Source: Candidatus Bilamarchaeum dharawalense (GTDB lineage Archaea; Micrarchaeota; Micrarchaeia; Anstonellales; Bilamarchaeaceae). From it: a DNA stretch of 64,000 nucleotides. This document shows positions 39,148 through 50,012 of this stretch, one piece after another. A model generated the notes under the pieces. That model did not search any database, was not told the DNA's origin, and worked only from the letters and a program-made list of their open reading frames with translations. Both the position numbers and the translations under genes were made by a program. Numbering within the stretch: the stretch's first letter is position 1; each line of letters starts with the position of its first letter. The stretch spans positions 32,939 to 96,938 of the forward strand of contig CABMJJ010000003.1 in NCBI GenBank assembly GCA_902386555.1, written 5' to 3'.

Positions 39148-40701
39148 ATGGCACAGGCATTGGCAAGGGAATTACCTTGCAGGAGGAGGGTGGAGGATAG
39201 GGTTGTAGATGCCATGGCAAGAGCAGGCTTTCCTTTGCTTAGAAGGAATGTGCTCTATGAAAAACCAATAGGACGGATACTTTATCCGGAAAATGAGCTG
39301 ATTTTTAATAGAGGATTGGATGGGAAAAGCTCGAATTTCTGTGTTTTTGCAAAGAGAGAGGAGGACGGAACACTAGTACTGCACCACTATAATCCAGACC
39401 AAACAGCAATAACTCTGAAAAGAGAGCAGTTTATCAGAAAATTTGTCCTAACCGAATCAGCCAGCGATAAGGAAATTGATGATGCAGTTCAGCAAATCAA
39501 AGATGACGCGGCAAAGAAAAAACCAAACCAGTTTTTCTTTGCACCACACAATCACTTTGGCGCAGTAAGTCCGCCCTATGTTGATGACCTGGGAAACGAA
39601 GTGAAACCAAAACCAGTAAAATTCGACGATGGAGTTTCATTTCTAACAGATAATATCCGAAAGGCACTTTTCTATAACATAGATTACTATGCTCTTTCTT
39701 CCCATAACAGCTATGCAAGGAGAATAGCGGATTTCATGCACTGGGTAGGTCATTTGATGGGAATGGCACCCATACCAAGCATGGAACTTACTCTTCCTCT
39801 AAAAGAACCAAACGGACCACATATTCTACTTTGGATGAAGGATGGAAAAGTTGCGGATAGAGTAAAGAGAACGATTCTGGATAAGGGAACAAAACTAGAC
39901 ATGCCTTCCTATTTTGTCGGAATACCAATGGAAAAAATCCTCAAAATATTATTTGACTACCAGAGAAACAACCTGCTTGCCCTTGCATTGGCTCACCCGG
40001 TTAATTTTAATTCACCGAATTTACCGATACCCGTGGTGGGGATGTTTTCTGCAGTGGATACCGATGCATTGTACGAAGACGAACCATTGACATTAAGAAA
40101 AGTACATGAAATCGCACGCCAGTTTGATTCGGTTGCAATGTGGAATACCAGCCTTTACAAAAAAAGACACGAGATGCACATAGGAAACGATGAATTGAGG
40201 GACTATTTGAGATACTTGAATCACAAGCACATTGGCAATAAAAGATTGTGGGTTAACCAAACAAATTTTGCATTGGCCCATGAATTACACCAAAAATACG
40301 GTGTGTACACCCATTTTGAAACTGATGAACATAAAACAATGCCTTTTGTCGATGATCCAAATGGTGGCTATGTGATAGGCGGGGACAGTTTGGGGATGGG
40401 GATGACAGTTATCGAGATACCTGAAAATGTGACCTACATAAAAAAACCTTCACCAAGTCAGATCATTGACCTCATAAGAAGCAAAGCAGTGGATATGTAT
40501 GGCATAGTTTTTGCAGTTAAGAGAGCTGAGGCAATTACCGTCTATTCAGAACGGGCAGCAATTCCTGACGAACTTAGAGCCAAAAATGCCAAGTATGAAC
40601 ACGTTGGGGTCATGAGATATGCAGGCATGCTGATCAAAGATTTGTTTTCATTCCTATTTACGGGACAGGATGAACGAATAGGTCATATGCCAGGGGATTG
40701 A
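39148..40701 (+). CDS. PHP-like metal-dependent hydrolase domain protein
   Basis: HNH, SSHN, E, HI, AHP, TDEH in PHP-like order. Confidence 0.6.
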   Translation: MAQALARELPCRRRVEDRVVDAMARAGFPLLRRNVLYEKPIGRILYPENELIFNRGLDGKSSNFCVFAKREEDGTLVLHHYNPDQTAITLKREQFIRKFVLTESASDKEIDDAVQQIKDDAAKKKPNQFFFAPHNHFGAVSPPYVDDLGNEVKPKPVKFDDGVSFLTDNIRKALFYNIDYYALSSHNSYARRIADFMHWVGHLMGMAPIPSMELTLPLKEPNGPHILLWMKDGKVADRVKRTILDKGTKLDMPSYFVGIPMEKILKILFDYQRNNLLALALAHPVNFNSPNLPIPVVGMFSAVDTDALYEDEPLTLRKVHEIARQFDSVAMWNTSLYKKRHEMHIGNDELRDYLRYLNHKHIGNKRLWVNQTNFALAHELHQKYGVYTHFETDEHKTMPFVDDPNGGYVIGGDSLGMGMTVIEIPENVTYIKKPSPSQIIDLIRSKAVDMYGIVFAVKRAEAITVYSERAAIPDELRAKNAKYEHVGVMRYAGMLIKDLFSFLFTGQDERIGHMPGD

Positions 40702-40780
40702 GAAGCTCCTTTAAATTCCTTTTCCCCTTAAATCACCTATTACCAATTCTGGCAAACATTCATGCCTTCCAGGTGATTTT

Positions 40781-41029
40781 ATGGATTTAAAAGAAATAAG
40801 CGATATGGTAGGCGATCTCGCTAATGATACGGGTATTCCCAAGAATATACGAAGAGCGTTAACCGAAGCTAAGGTACGCCTTGATAGTCAAGAAGAAGAA
40901 ACTGTCAAGATAAGTGCGGCCATCTATATTATCGAAGGCATTACCGAGGATATAAATATGCCAGCCCATGCAAGAACCCAGATTTGGGCGGTCATAGGCG
41001 CACTGGAAAGCTATAATGAAACCAAGTAG
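40781..41029 (+). CDS. UPF0147 family protein
   Basis: DTGIPKNIRR...DINMPAHARTQIW. Confidence 0.9.
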   Translation: MDLKEISDMVGDLANDTGIPKNIRRALTEAKVRLDSQEEETVKISAAIYIIEGITEDINMPAHARTQIWAVIGALESYNETK

Positions 41030-41037
41030 GCGAGGGG

Positions 41038-42468
41038 ATGCACAACGAGTTAGCTGGAAAAGGAATCCGACTTACCGTTGATGCAGAAGAGTTTTTGAAA
41101 TCAAATGATTCTCAAGACTTGGTATACAAAATTATCGCACTGGAAAAGCCACTGATTTCTAGAGAGGATATTGAACAGCTGATTAAACCAAAGGAACAAC
41201 CAAAAGTAGAAGTGATAAGACCGCCAGAATTCATTCCACTGGCCAAAGAGTACTCATCCAACATAAAAATAAACCACACACTGGATGTTACTGGTAAATC
41301 AAGAACAAAAGGGGAAGTTGACAATTTTATTGCTCATTTTAGGAATAGATTTGAACGAATTTCAAAGATGCTGAGAAGAAGTAACTCAGTTCCAACAGCA
41401 GATATAGCAGATGTAAAAAAGCATTTGAATGAACGAGTAAGAGTTATTGCTTTTATTAGTGAAAAAAGGGAGACAAAAAAAGGCAACATCCTATTTGAAA
41501 TCGAAGATATGACTGGTTCTTTTAAGGTTGTGGTGTCATCATCAAAATTCAATGAAAAAGTGATGGACAAGGCGAAATTCATTATTTTGGATGACATAGT
41601 GGCAATAACCGGAAAGGTTCTTGAACCCTATTTGATTGCTGAAGATATAGAATGGCCAGATTTGCCAGTCATAAGAGAAAAGAAAAAAACAGAAAACGAT
41701 GTGGCCATTGCCTATTTATCAGACTTGCATTTTGGAAGCAGGCACTTTTTGGATAAACATTTGAAAACCTTTGTGGATTGGCTTCATGGTAAAGGTGAGG
41801 CAAGGGACCTTGCTGGAAAAGTAAAATATATTGCCATAGCAGGAGATATTGTAGACGGAATAGGAATCTATCCAAATCAGGAAAAAGAATTGATCGTAAA
41901 GGATGTTTTCCAACAATACAAAATGTTTGATGACTTTATCGAGGATATTCCAGATTATATTAAGACCATTGTCGGACCGGGAAACCATGATGCAGTAAGA
42001 AGAGGAGAACCGCAACCGGCCATTGGCAAGGATTACATTTCAAGTGAGGTAACCAGAGTAGGGAACCCATCCTATTTTACAGTGGAAGGGATCAGACATC
42101 TAATGTATCATGGGACATCCATTGATTCCATGATTTCAAGTATACCCCAAACTTCCTACACCCATCCAGAAAAAGTAATGGTGGAATATTTGAAGCGAAG
42201 GCATTTGTCACCAATTTATGGGGGTAATTTGATAATCCCCGAGAACATCGATTACATGGTGATAGACGAACCGCCAGATGTTTTTCATTGTGGACATGTT
42301 CACAAAAATGGTTATACCCAATATCGCGGAACGCTTGTAATAAACTCAGGCACCTTCCAAGATAGAACGGATTTTCAGGTTAAGCAAGGGCATGTACCAA
42401 CGCCTGCACTTGTGCCAGTTTACGAAATGAAAGATGGACGACTTCACACATTGGATTTCAAGTCGTAA
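41038..42468 (+). CDS. DNA polymerase D small (exonuclease, DP1) subunit
   Basis: OB fold; SDLHFGS, GDIVDGIGIYPNQ, GNHD, YHG, GHVH, NSGTFQ. Confidence 0.96.
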   Translation: MHNELAGKGIRLTVDAEEFLKSNDSQDLVYKIIALEKPLISREDIEQLIKPKEQPKVEVIRPPEFIPLAKEYSSNIKINHTLDVTGKSRTKGEVDNFIAHFRNRFERISKMLRRSNSVPTADIADVKKHLNERVRVIAFISEKRETKKGNILFEIEDMTGSFKVVVSSSKFNEKVMDKAKFIILDDIVAITGKVLEPYLIAEDIEWPDLPVIREKKKTENDVAIAYLSDLHFGSRHFLDKHLKTFVDWLHGKGEARDLAGKVKYIAIAGDIVDGIGIYPNQEKELIVKDVFQQYKMFDDFIEDIPDYIKTIVGPGNHDAVRRGEPQPAIGKDYISSEVTRVGNPSYFTVEGIRHLMYHGTSIDSMISSIPQTSYTHPEKVMVEYLKRRHLSPIYGGNLIIPENIDYMVIDEPPDVFHCGHVHKNGYTQYRGTLVINSGTFQDRTDFQVKQGHVPTPALVPVYEMKDGRLHTLDFKS

Positions 42469-42544
42469 AAAATCATGGTTTAAGGAATATTTATAAAGAT
42501 AAACTGCAAATCGCCTTTAGAACATTTATTTGAATGGTGATAGA

Positions 42545-42802
42545 ATGGCTAAGTATCTTATAGCAAGACAACTCTCTGGAAAAAAATTAGTAACCAATGA
42601 AGGTGACGATTTTGGAAGACTTGTTGACATTGAAGTCAACGAAGTTAGTGGAAAGATTGAGATGTTAGTGGTAGAACCAAACCCAGACAGTGGTCTAGCT
42701 TCAAAGATGAAAAAGGAAGATGGCATGGTCCACATACCCTACGAAAGTGTTCTAGCAGTTGGGGACTTTATCATCGTTGAAAAAAGGAATATGGCATACT
42801 GA
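42545..42802 (+). CDS. PRC-barrel domain protein (CdpB-like)
   Basis: GKKLVTNEG...GRLVDI...IPYESVLAVGDFIIV. Confidence 0.88.
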   Translation: MAKYLIARQLSGKKLVTNEGDDFGRLVDIEVNEVSGKIEMLVVEPNPDSGLASKMKKEDGMVHIPYESVLAVGDFIIVEKRNMAY

Positions 42803-42911
42803 TAAAACGGATCCAGGGCCCTCTTTTTAACTCTCATTTTGTGAAGGGCCTTTCAAATATTCTAACTAACCTCTTTATTTTTAAGGGATATTCCCTATAT
42901 ATTTTCTACTT

Positions 42912-43556
42912 ATGTTTTCCTATATTGCTGGACTAGATGAAGCAGGGCGGGGAGCGGTACTCGGTCCGCTGGTAGTTTGCATTGCTGTTTGTAAACGAGA
43001 TAATGAAAAGCTACTGCGAAAATGGGCATCCAAGGATTCCAAAGCACTTACCCCAAATCAACGTGAGACCAGTTATGTCGAACTAAAAAAATTCTGCACT
43101 TTTAGATGGGTGGAGATTAGTGCTACAGATTTGGATAAACTGATGAAAACAATGTCGCTAAATGACATAGAAGCCAAGGTAATGGCAGATCTGATAAAAA
43201 AGGCAGAAGAAGGCGACGTTATGATAGATATGCCAGATCGCTACTCTTGGACATTTAGAAAACGAATGGAAAAATTTGGAGTTACCAAATTCGAAGCAGA
43301 ACATAAAGCTGATGAGAACTACCCAATTGTAGCTGCAGCTTCCATATGTGCAAAAGTAACAAGAGATGCAAAAATAGCTGAGATAAAACAGGCCACCTGT
43401 GATTTTGGAAGCGGCTACCCATCTGATCCAAGAACCATAGAAGCACTTCAGGACAAGGAAAAAAAGAAGATGATTACCCCGTTTATTAGGACGCGATGGA
43501 AAACACTGGACAGAATCAAACAAACCAAACTTTTTGATAGTGAATCAGAGGAATAG
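42912..43556 (+). CDS. rnhB: Ribonuclease HII
   Basis: GLDEAGRG, DSK, KADENYPIVAAASICAKVTRD, GSGYPSDP. Confidence 0.97.
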   Translation: MFSYIAGLDEAGRGAVLGPLVVCIAVCKRDNEKLLRKWASKDSKALTPNQRETSYVELKKFCTFRWVEISATDLDKLMKTMSLNDIEAKVMADLIKKAEEGDVMIDMPDRYSWTFRKRMEKFGVTKFEAEHKADENYPIVAAASICAKVTRDAKIAEIKQATCDFGSGYPSDPRTIEALQDKEKKKMITPFIRTRWKTLDRIKQTKLFDSESEE

Positions 43557-43558
43557 CC

Positions 43559-43831
43559 ATGGCAAAGGTAAAGATAATAAATGACGGTGGGACCCTTGAA
43601 ATACCAGATGGATCACGACTGCTGGATTATACCAAAGAAACTGGCATGCTTTATGGCTGTGAATCCGGTCAGTGTGGAACGTGTATATGTAAGGTAATAA
43701 AAGGTAAAGAAAATCTTAATAGCCGAAGCGCTTCAGAAGAACTAATTCTAGCTAAAAGAAGTGCACAAACCAATGAGCGATTGGCCTGTCAGATTTGGAT
43801 AAAAAAAGGAGAAGTAGAGATAGAATACTAG
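43559..43831 (+). CDS. [2Fe-2S] ferredoxin
   Basis: YGCESGQCGTC...RLACQ. Confidence 0.93.
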   Translation: MAKVKIINDGGTLEIPDGSRLLDYTKETGMLYGCESGQCGTCICKVIKGKENLNSRSASEELILAKRSAQTNERLACQIWIKKGEVEIEY

Positions 43832-44556
43832 TCTGGGGCATTGCTTTCAACAATCACTCTGCCCTTCATTATTGGATGAGTTACAGAGTAATATTCGCAA
43901 TTTAGCATCTGATTCATGGTTAGTGTTACATTCTGACCATGCCCGAGAACATTGGTATCAAACACCTGTTTTCCATCAATGAAACAGGTGGCAGATCTTG
44001 GAAAGTTACCGGTGTTAACAAAAGTAACTCGATCAGAAACCTTAACCGTTAAATCTGCTGGCTCATATGAGAAATCCTTTATTGTGACTGTATAATCTTT
44101 TGGCACATATGGTGGTGGTATTTCCTTTTCAACAATAAATGTAACCTGCTTGTCCATACCATAGGATTTTTGGTCATTTGTCCATAGTGCTACCTTGACT
44201 GTGTGTTCACCAACAGCCAATCCTGCAATCACATAATTCTTGGAAGTGACTGTTATGGCTGGGTTGTTGTCAACAGTGACCTTGAAATGACCCTCTCCCT
44301 TTTTAGGTACTCCCCCGGGTTGCTTAAGAACAAGGTTTTGAGTGTTTAGAGAAAGTGTTACATCCGCAACATTTTCTTGAGTGAGTATCACTTCACCGGA
44401 AGTCGGACTGACAATGGTAAATGAGGGATTTTTATATACCGTTGTATTCTGATCTGTAGTATTGGTTTCATTTGTTTGATTTTGCTCTGGTGGAGGGGTG
44501 AAACATCCTGCCAGGAGCATCCCAAAAACCAGTAAACTTAAGATGACTAATCTCAT
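43828..44556 (-). CDS. Lipoprotein with C-terminal cupredoxin-like domain
   Basis: LAGC lipobox; IKDFSYEPADLTVKV...HPIMKGRVIV; copper ligands look degenerate (YYSVTHP rather than YYCxxHP). Confidence 0.75.
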   Translation of the reverse strand: MRLVILSLLVFGMLLAGCFTPPPEQNQTNETNTTDQNTTVYKNPSFTIVSPTSGEVILTQENVADVTLSLNTQNLVLKQPGGVPKKGEGHFKVTVDNNPAITVTSKNYVIAGLAVGEHTVKVALWTNDQKSYGMDKQVTFIVEKEIPPPYVPKDYTVTIKDFSYEPADLTVKVSDRVTFVNTGNFPRSATCFIDGKQVFDTNVLGHGQNVTLTMNQMLNCEYYSVTHPIMKGRVIVESNAPD

Positions 44557-44621
44557 GATTTTTTATTGTAACCTACGGTTAATAAAATGCATGTTTAGGG
44601 GATGATTTTATCATAAAAGGT

Positions 44622-45251
44622 GTGTTGTTTGATTTTGATGGTGTGATTGTGCAATCAGAACCATTGCATAGAAAAACCTTTCTGGACTTGCTTAGACCAT
44701 ACCAGGTTGATGTGAGTACGGAGAGATGGTACAGAGAATTTGCTGGCACAGGTTCAAGACATATTTTCGAAGTTTTGGTGAAGGAGCACAGTATAAACGA
44801 AAACGTTGATGTGCTGGTTGCAAAACGAAAGAAAAATTACGAAGAGGCAGTGCAAAAGGGAGAGCTTAAACAAACTCCAGGGGTAGAGAAATTTTTAGCA
44901 CTGCTCAAGAGAAAGAAGATAAAAACTGCGATTGTTTCGGGTAGCCACAGAACAAATGTCCAGGCAGCTCTGAAATTTTTTAACCTAGCAGAATTTTTCG
45001 ACATTATCGTAAGCGGGGATGATTTGGAGAAGAGAAAACCAGATCCAGAACCATTTCTATACGCTGCAAGAAAGCTTGGCCTTAAACCTGACGAATGCAT
45101 TGCCATAGAAGATTCTTTTTCAGGTGCAGAAGCGGTAATTGCCGCTGGAATGAAACTCATCATCCTACGCTCACCTGCAAAAATTCCACGTGAGAACGCT
45201 GTTGCTGTGATCGATAATTTCGAAAATATCGACTTAGATAACTTTTTATAG
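44622..45251 (+). CDS. HAD-superfamily phosphatase (beta-PGM/CbbY-like)
   Basis: FDFDGVI, KPDPEPF, IEDS. Confidence 0.92.
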   Translation: MLFDFDGVIVQSEPLHRKTFLDLLRPYQVDVSTERWYREFAGTGSRHIFEVLVKEHSINENVDVLVAKRKKNYEEAVQKGELKQTPGVEKFLALLKRKKIKTAIVSGSHRTNVQAALKFFNLAEFFDIIVSGDDLEKRKPDPEPFLYAARKLGLKPDECIAIEDSFSGAEAVIAAGMKLIILRSPAKIPRENAVAVIDNFENIDLDNFL

Positions 45252-45302
45252 GGTTTTTTACAAAAACAAATAGTTCGGAGTTTCCGCTCGAGAGGTTTTA
45301 AG

Positions 45303-46478
45303 ATGATAAAGCTTGAGCTGGACCGAAAAAAACATAGTTTAATGGTGAAGGAACAATCTGATGTTTCCTCATTGCAGAACGGTTTTTACGGCCAGATGAA
45401 AAGAGGAATAATTTACCTATCCCCAGAAGAAGCGCTTTATGTAATGGACATCAGAAATGGCAGATGCTATGATGATGTCGGCAATGAGTTTGCATTCAAT
45501 GATGTTGCAGCTCTTTTTGTGAAAAATAAAAAATTACTTGCCAGATATCTAACCTATAAGGATTATCGGGATAAGGGTTTGATTTTAAGAAATGCAACAG
45601 AAGCAGAGGGAAACTATGGTAGGTCCATTTCAGTAAAATATAAGGGGGGGCATTTTGAACTGGATGCCTATTCTTTTGAAGGCCTGTTTTTCCCCAATGA
45701 TCTCATAACCCTGGTGGATGAGGAGAAAGTTGGAAAAGAACTTTATGAAAGATATTGGATCGGACAGTTTGGCACCTACAAGGCTGCCCATCGCGGTAAG
45801 ATATCAAAATTAGACATCTACGAAACGATTTATCTATTAAAACATGGCGAGCTTCATTTGAAAAACTCCAATCTTGAACAGGTAGAGAAATTTGCCAAGA
45901 AGAGAATCAAGTTTTTCACTGATATGTACCTTGTCTATGAAGATTGGCGCAAACGTGGCTATGTAATCAAAACAGGATTCAAATTTGGAACCCATTTCAG
46001 AATCTACTTCCCTGGTGCGTCTCCAGTGAGAAGTGAGGATGAGTGGATGCATTCCAAGCACGTAATCCACGTTTTCCCGAGAAAACATAAACAGATAATT
46101 TCCGAGTGGGCAAGAGCCATTCGGGTTGCACATAGTGTAAAGAAAACATTTATTTTAGCAATTCCAGGAAAGAAAGCAGAGATAAAAGTCAATCCAAAAA
46201 AACCAAGACTTGATTTTGTTGCCTACCACCGTAAGAAAGGAGGAATCGAAACCCCCAAGGATGGAACACCAAGATATCTTATGTATTCTCTTACCGAAGA
46301 TGAATACATAGGGGGAGAAGAATTGGCAAAGGCATTGGCAGAATGCAACCAATACGGTCTTGAGATGATTATGGGAATAAGTGACAGGGAGAGCAGCGTC
46401 ACCTATTATGTGATAAAAGCAATCGATCTTCCTGGCAGCGAATATGAATATTATGAGATAGAATGGATTCAACCATAG
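45303..46478 (+). CDS. endA: tRNA-splicing endonuclease, ARMAN-like three-unit (epsilon2) size
   Basis: LSPEEALY, KTGFKFGTHFRIY, HS, RVAHSVKK (Tyr/His/Lys triad), GTYK loop, C-terminal EIEWIQP; 391 aa. Confidence 0.92.
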   Translation: MIKLELDRKKHSLMVKEQSDVSSLQNGFYGQMKRGIIYLSPEEALYVMDIRNGRCYDDVGNEFAFNDVAALFVKNKKLLARYLTYKDYRDKGLILRNATEAEGNYGRSISVKYKGGHFELDAYSFEGLFFPNDLITLVDEEKVGKELYERYWIGQFGTYKAAHRGKISKLDIYETIYLLKHGELHLKNSNLEQVEKFAKKRIKFFTDMYLVYEDWRKRGYVIKTGFKFGTHFRIYFPGASPVRSEDEWMHSKHVIHVFPRKHKQIISEWARAIRVAHSVKKTFILAIPGKKAEIKVNPKKPRLDFVAYHRKKGGIETPKDGTPRYLMYSLTEDEYIGGEELAKALAECNQYGLEMIMGISDRESSVTYYVIKAIDLPGSEYEYYEIEWIQP

Positions 46479-46495
46479 TTTTATCCATAAACAAA

Positions 46496-46609
46496 AGGTG
46501 AAAAAATGTGCAAACATTTTTTCTTTATAATGGAGTGAAATGAGATTTCACGACAGTCGCGAAGCTTTGCTTCGCAACAAAATAGGAATTTTTATGAGGT
46601 GAAAAAATG
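46496..46609 (+). promoter_or_regulatory. Second copy of the duplicated-RBS leader element, with a ~49-nt double-hairpin insert (~46531-46579)
   Basis: AGGTGAAAAAATG-N6-CATTTTTTCTTTATAA...AAATAGGAATTTTTATGAGGTGAAAAAATG; uORF 46506-46538 MCKHFFFIME. Confidence 0.65.
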
Positions 46610-46882
46610 CAGGTACGAGCAAGCCATATTTTAGTTAATGAGGAAAAAACAGCAAAAAAGATCAAAGCGGACATTGATGCTGGAGCAGATTTCAAGAAAA
46701 TGGCCAAAAAACACTCCAAATGCCCAAGCGGTGAACAGGGTGGAGATTTGGGATTTTTCGGTAAAGGCCAGATGGTAAAGGAATTTGAAGATGCGGCATT
46801 TTCATTGCCAGTTGGTGTTGTTTCCCAACCAATAAAAACCGAATTTGGCTACCACCTAATAGTTGTTACGGCTAAGAGGTAG
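46607..46882 (+). CDS. Parvulin-type peptidyl-prolyl isomerase
   Basis: [37 protein letters not shown]. Confidence 0.96.
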   Translation: MQVRASHILVNEEKTAKKIKADIDAGADFKKMAKKHSKCPSGEQGGDLGFFGKGQMVKEFEDAAFSLPVGVVSQPIKTEFGYHLIVVTAKR

Positions 46883-46912
46883 ATTTTTAATTTGCCTGTT
46901 TCATAACTTGAT

Positions 46913-47539
46913 ATGATGTGTATGTACAAACACACTATATTACTAGTTTTGATGTTGTCGCTTAGCTCTGCTGCCATATGGGAGTCAGGCGACGCAGGAA
47001 AGGCATTTGCAAAGAACACTGCCACAGCAATGTGTAATGAACCTGATGTGGCAGCGGTGTATATTTGTAATGGAAATGTTGTCAGAGTTGTTTCATCCTT
47101 ACTAGGAGCTGGAAGCACATTCTACAAACCTGATGGTAGAGTAGTCAAATGTCCAGTTGTTGCTCCAACTGCCATGGGTGCCGAGTGTTTACAGATGATG
47201 ACCCCGAATTACTGTCCTCAAGAAGAAAAATGCGGCGATTCAAATGTAACTGATATTTTCCCTGGCCAAAATGACACCCAACCAGAAGAACCAGTGGTTA
47301 CACCTTCAGAACCACCAGAAACTAAACCACCTGAAGACACTGGACCGAAACCGCCAGAAAATAATGTGATCCAACCGGCAGATGACCTACCGGAGGAGGT
47401 TCCACCTGGAACCACAGTGATCAAAACAGGCACTGAAAACCCAATTGGATTCCTTTTACCAGTTGTTCTGCTTTTGGGAGTTGCTGCGGTGATAATTCTA
47501 TTCCTGCTATTTAAAAATAGCATCCAGCACGACGTTTAA
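46913..47539 (+). CDS. Exported Cys-rich protein with Pro-rich stalk and C-terminal TM anchor
   Basis: Signal peptide, 6 Cys in the mature region, P/E/T linker, TM helix. Confidence 0.75.
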   Translation: MMCMYKHTILLVLMLSLSSAAIWESGDAGKAFAKNTATAMCNEPDVAAVYICNGNVVRVVSSLLGAGSTFYKPDGRVVKCPVVAPTAMGAECLQMMTPNYCPQEEKCGDSNVTDIFPGQNDTQPEEPVVTPSEPPETKPPEDTGPKPPENNVIQPADDLPEEVPPGTTVIKTGTENPIGFLLPVVLLLGVAAVIILFLLFKNSIQHDV

Positions 47540-47543
47540 TTTT

Positions 47544-48755
47544 TTATTTTAATTCATCTTCAAGATATTTTCCTTCTTTTTGGAGTTTTTTTACCAAACT
47601 ACCTACTTTTTCATGGGCCTCTCGAAAAGACATGCCTTCCATTGCCAGTTTATCTGCCAGAAGGGTTGCCTTGGCATAGCCCTGGTCAATCAACTCCTTA
47701 GCCTTTTTCTGATTCCACTTGATAAGTACAATAATTTCAGCTGACATTTGCAAACAAGATTTTACAATTTCCACTGAATCCATAGCCAATCTTTTGGTTT
47801 CCTGGGTATCAGCGTTATGACCAGTTGGGGTTGCCTTCATAATGGTCAAAAGAGCCAGTAAATTCCCGTAAACCCGACCGGTTCTGCCTCGTATTAGTTC
47901 AAGTGGATCTGGATTCATTTTATTTGGCATTATACTGCTGCCAGTACAATATTCCTCTGGAAGTTCTATCAACCCAACATAGCTTAGCCAAATTAAATCT
48001 TCAGCTATTCGTGAAAGTTGAGTTGCAACCAAGGAACAAACAAAAACCAATTCCGATTCAAGCTCACCACGAGAACTTATGGTTTCCAGTGAATTTTCTT
48101 CAACAGAATCAAAACCAAGAAGTTTTGCCGTGTAGTCTCGATCAATATTCCAGCTGGTACCAGAAATGGCACATGCTCCAAGAGGATTTTTATTTACCCG
48201 TTTGTAGAGTTGCTCCAATCTTTCAATATCTTTTTCAAATGAAACCGAATAGCCGTCGCCCCAGAATTTATTGGTTATGGGTTGTGCAACTCGCGTATGA
48301 GTATGGGCAGGGATATCCACCTTTAGTTTTCCCTGGATCTCCAGTGATTTTTGCAGGTTTTTTAAAAAACCAATTAGATTTTTTATCTCGTCACGCATGT
48401 ATAATCGCAGGTCGAGATTGACCTGATCATTGCGCGAGCGAGCAGTGTGCATTTTTTTTCCATGGGGTGTTTTTTTTGTCACTGCAACTTCCACATTCAT
48501 ATGCACATCTTCCAAATTTGGATCAAGCTTGAATTTACCTGTTTTCCACTCTTGTAAAAGTTCATTCAGGGCACGGAGTAGTTCTTCTGTCTCCTCTGCC
48601 TTTAGGATCTTTTGCTTACCCAACATTTTTACATGAGCAATGCTACCAAGAATATCGTATTCAACCAATTTTTCATCAACAAGAATGTTCTCAGCACTGT
48701 TGAATAGAAGAACATTCTTTTTTGGATCCTTGGAAAATCTTCCGCCCCAAAGCAT
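47544..48755 (-). CDS. argH: Argininosuccinate lyase
   Basis: LWGGRF, HTARSRNDQV, GSSIMPNKMNPD, FREAH. Confidence 0.96.
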   Translation of the reverse strand: MLWGGRFSKDPKKNVLLFNSAENILVDEKLVEYDILGSIAHVKMLGKQKILKAEETEELLRALNELLQEWKTGKFKLDPNLEDVHMNVEVAVTKKTPHGKKMHTARSRNDQVNLDLRLYMRDEIKNLIGFLKNLQKSLEIQGKLKVDIPAHTHTRVAQPITNKFWGDGYSVSFEKDIERLEQLYKRVNKNPLGACAISGTSWNIDRDYTAKLLGFDSVEENSLETISSRGELESELVFVCSLVATQLSRIAEDLIWLSYVGLIELPEEYCTGSSIMPNKMNPDPLELIRGRTGRVYGNLLALLTIMKATPTGHNADTQETKRLAMDSVEIVKSCLQMSAEIIVLIKWNQKKAKELIDQGYAKATLLADKLAMEGMSFREAHEKVGSLVKKLQKEGKYLEDELK

Positions 48756-48769
48756 GTAATCACAACACA

Positions 48770-50008
48770 CTACTGCTTTTTACCTTTTTTCTTATGGTGG
48801 GTAATGGCATGATGTGCCATCAAACGTACAGCGTTTATCTTGATAAAACCAAGCGAGTCCATTTGATTGAACCCTCCCTCGATATTCATACTGGAAAGAT
48901 CCTGATCGTACAAAGAACTTGGAGATTCACGCCCCTTGATATTCACATTTCCCTTGTAAAGCGAGAGATAGACTACACCGTCGATTAATTCCTGACTTTT
49001 TTCAATGGCAGCCATGAGAAAATCCATTTCTGGACTGAACCAAAAACCATAGTAGACGATTTCTGAAAACTTTGGTTCAAGCATATCTCTTAAACGCATT
49101 ACTTCTCGATCCATGGCAATGGATTCGATGTCCATATGTGCAGCGCGCAATATGGTTGCTCCTGGGCTTTCGTAGATGCCACGTGATTTGATACCGACAA
49201 AACGGTTTTCAACCATATCCACTCTGCCGATTCCGTTCTGGCTTCCCAATTCATTTAGGTACATGAAAAGCTCCAGTGGATCGGTTTTCACCACCCCGTT
49301 TTCCCTATTTACAACTTTAATCGGGGTACCATCCTTGAAATGAATTTCTATGTGAGTTTCCTTATCCGGAGCTTTCTTTGGAGAGACTGTTTTGCTATAA
49401 ACCGATTCTTCTGGTTGCAACTTTGGATCTTCCAATATTCCTGCCTCATGACTAATATGCATCAGATTATCATCTTCGCTGTAGGGCTTGGAGAGTGTGG
49501 CTTTGATCGGTATGCCTTTTTCCTTTGCATAATTAATCAAATCGGTTCGTCCCTTGAATTTGACTAAAAATTCTGGATCTTTCCAGGGTGCAATAATTTT
49601 GATTTTTGGATTTAATGCGTAGTAGGTAAGTTCAAAACGAACCTGATCATTACCCTTTCCAGTAGCTCCGTGGGAAACATATTCTGCCCCTTCTTTTTCA
49701 GCAATTTCGATTTGTTTTTTTGCAATTACCGGACGGGCAAGGGAAGTGCCCAGGAGATATCTACCCTCGTAAATTGCATTGGCCTTAATAGCAGGAAAAA
49801 TAAAATCAGTTACAAACTCTTTCTTTAAATCCTCGATATAGACCTTGGATGCGCCAATCTGAAGTGCTTTGGCCTTAACAGCGTCGAAATCCTCATCTTG
49901 ACCCACATCTGCAACATAGGCGATTACAGTATAACCCTTATCAACCAGCCATTTCAAAATGCACGACGTGTCCAAACCTCCTGAATATGCCAAGATAACT
50001 TTTTTCAT
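48770..50008 (-). CDS. argG: Argininosuccinate synthase
   Basis: [32 protein letters not shown]. Confidence 0.97.
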   Translation of the reverse strand: MKKVILAYSGGLDTSCILKWLVDKGYTVIAYVADVGQDEDFDAVKAKALQIGASKVYIEDLKKEFVTDFIFPAIKANAIYEGRYLLGTSLARPVIAKKQIEIAEKEGAEYVSHGATGKGNDQVRFELTYYALNPKIKIIAPWKDPEFLVKFKGRTDLINYAKEKGIPIKATLSKPYSEDDNLMHISHEAGILEDPKLQPEESVYSKTVSPKKAPDKETHIEIHFKDGTPIKVVNRENGVVKTDPLELFMYLNELGSQNGIGRVDMVENRFVGIKSRGIYESPGATILRAAHMDIESIAMDREVMRLRDMLEPKFSEIVYYGFWFSPEMDFLMAAIEKSQELIDGVVYLSLYKGNVNIKGRESPSSLYDQDLSSMNIEGGFNQMDSLGFIKINAVRLMAHHAITHHKKKGKKQ

Positions 50009-50012
50009 AATA

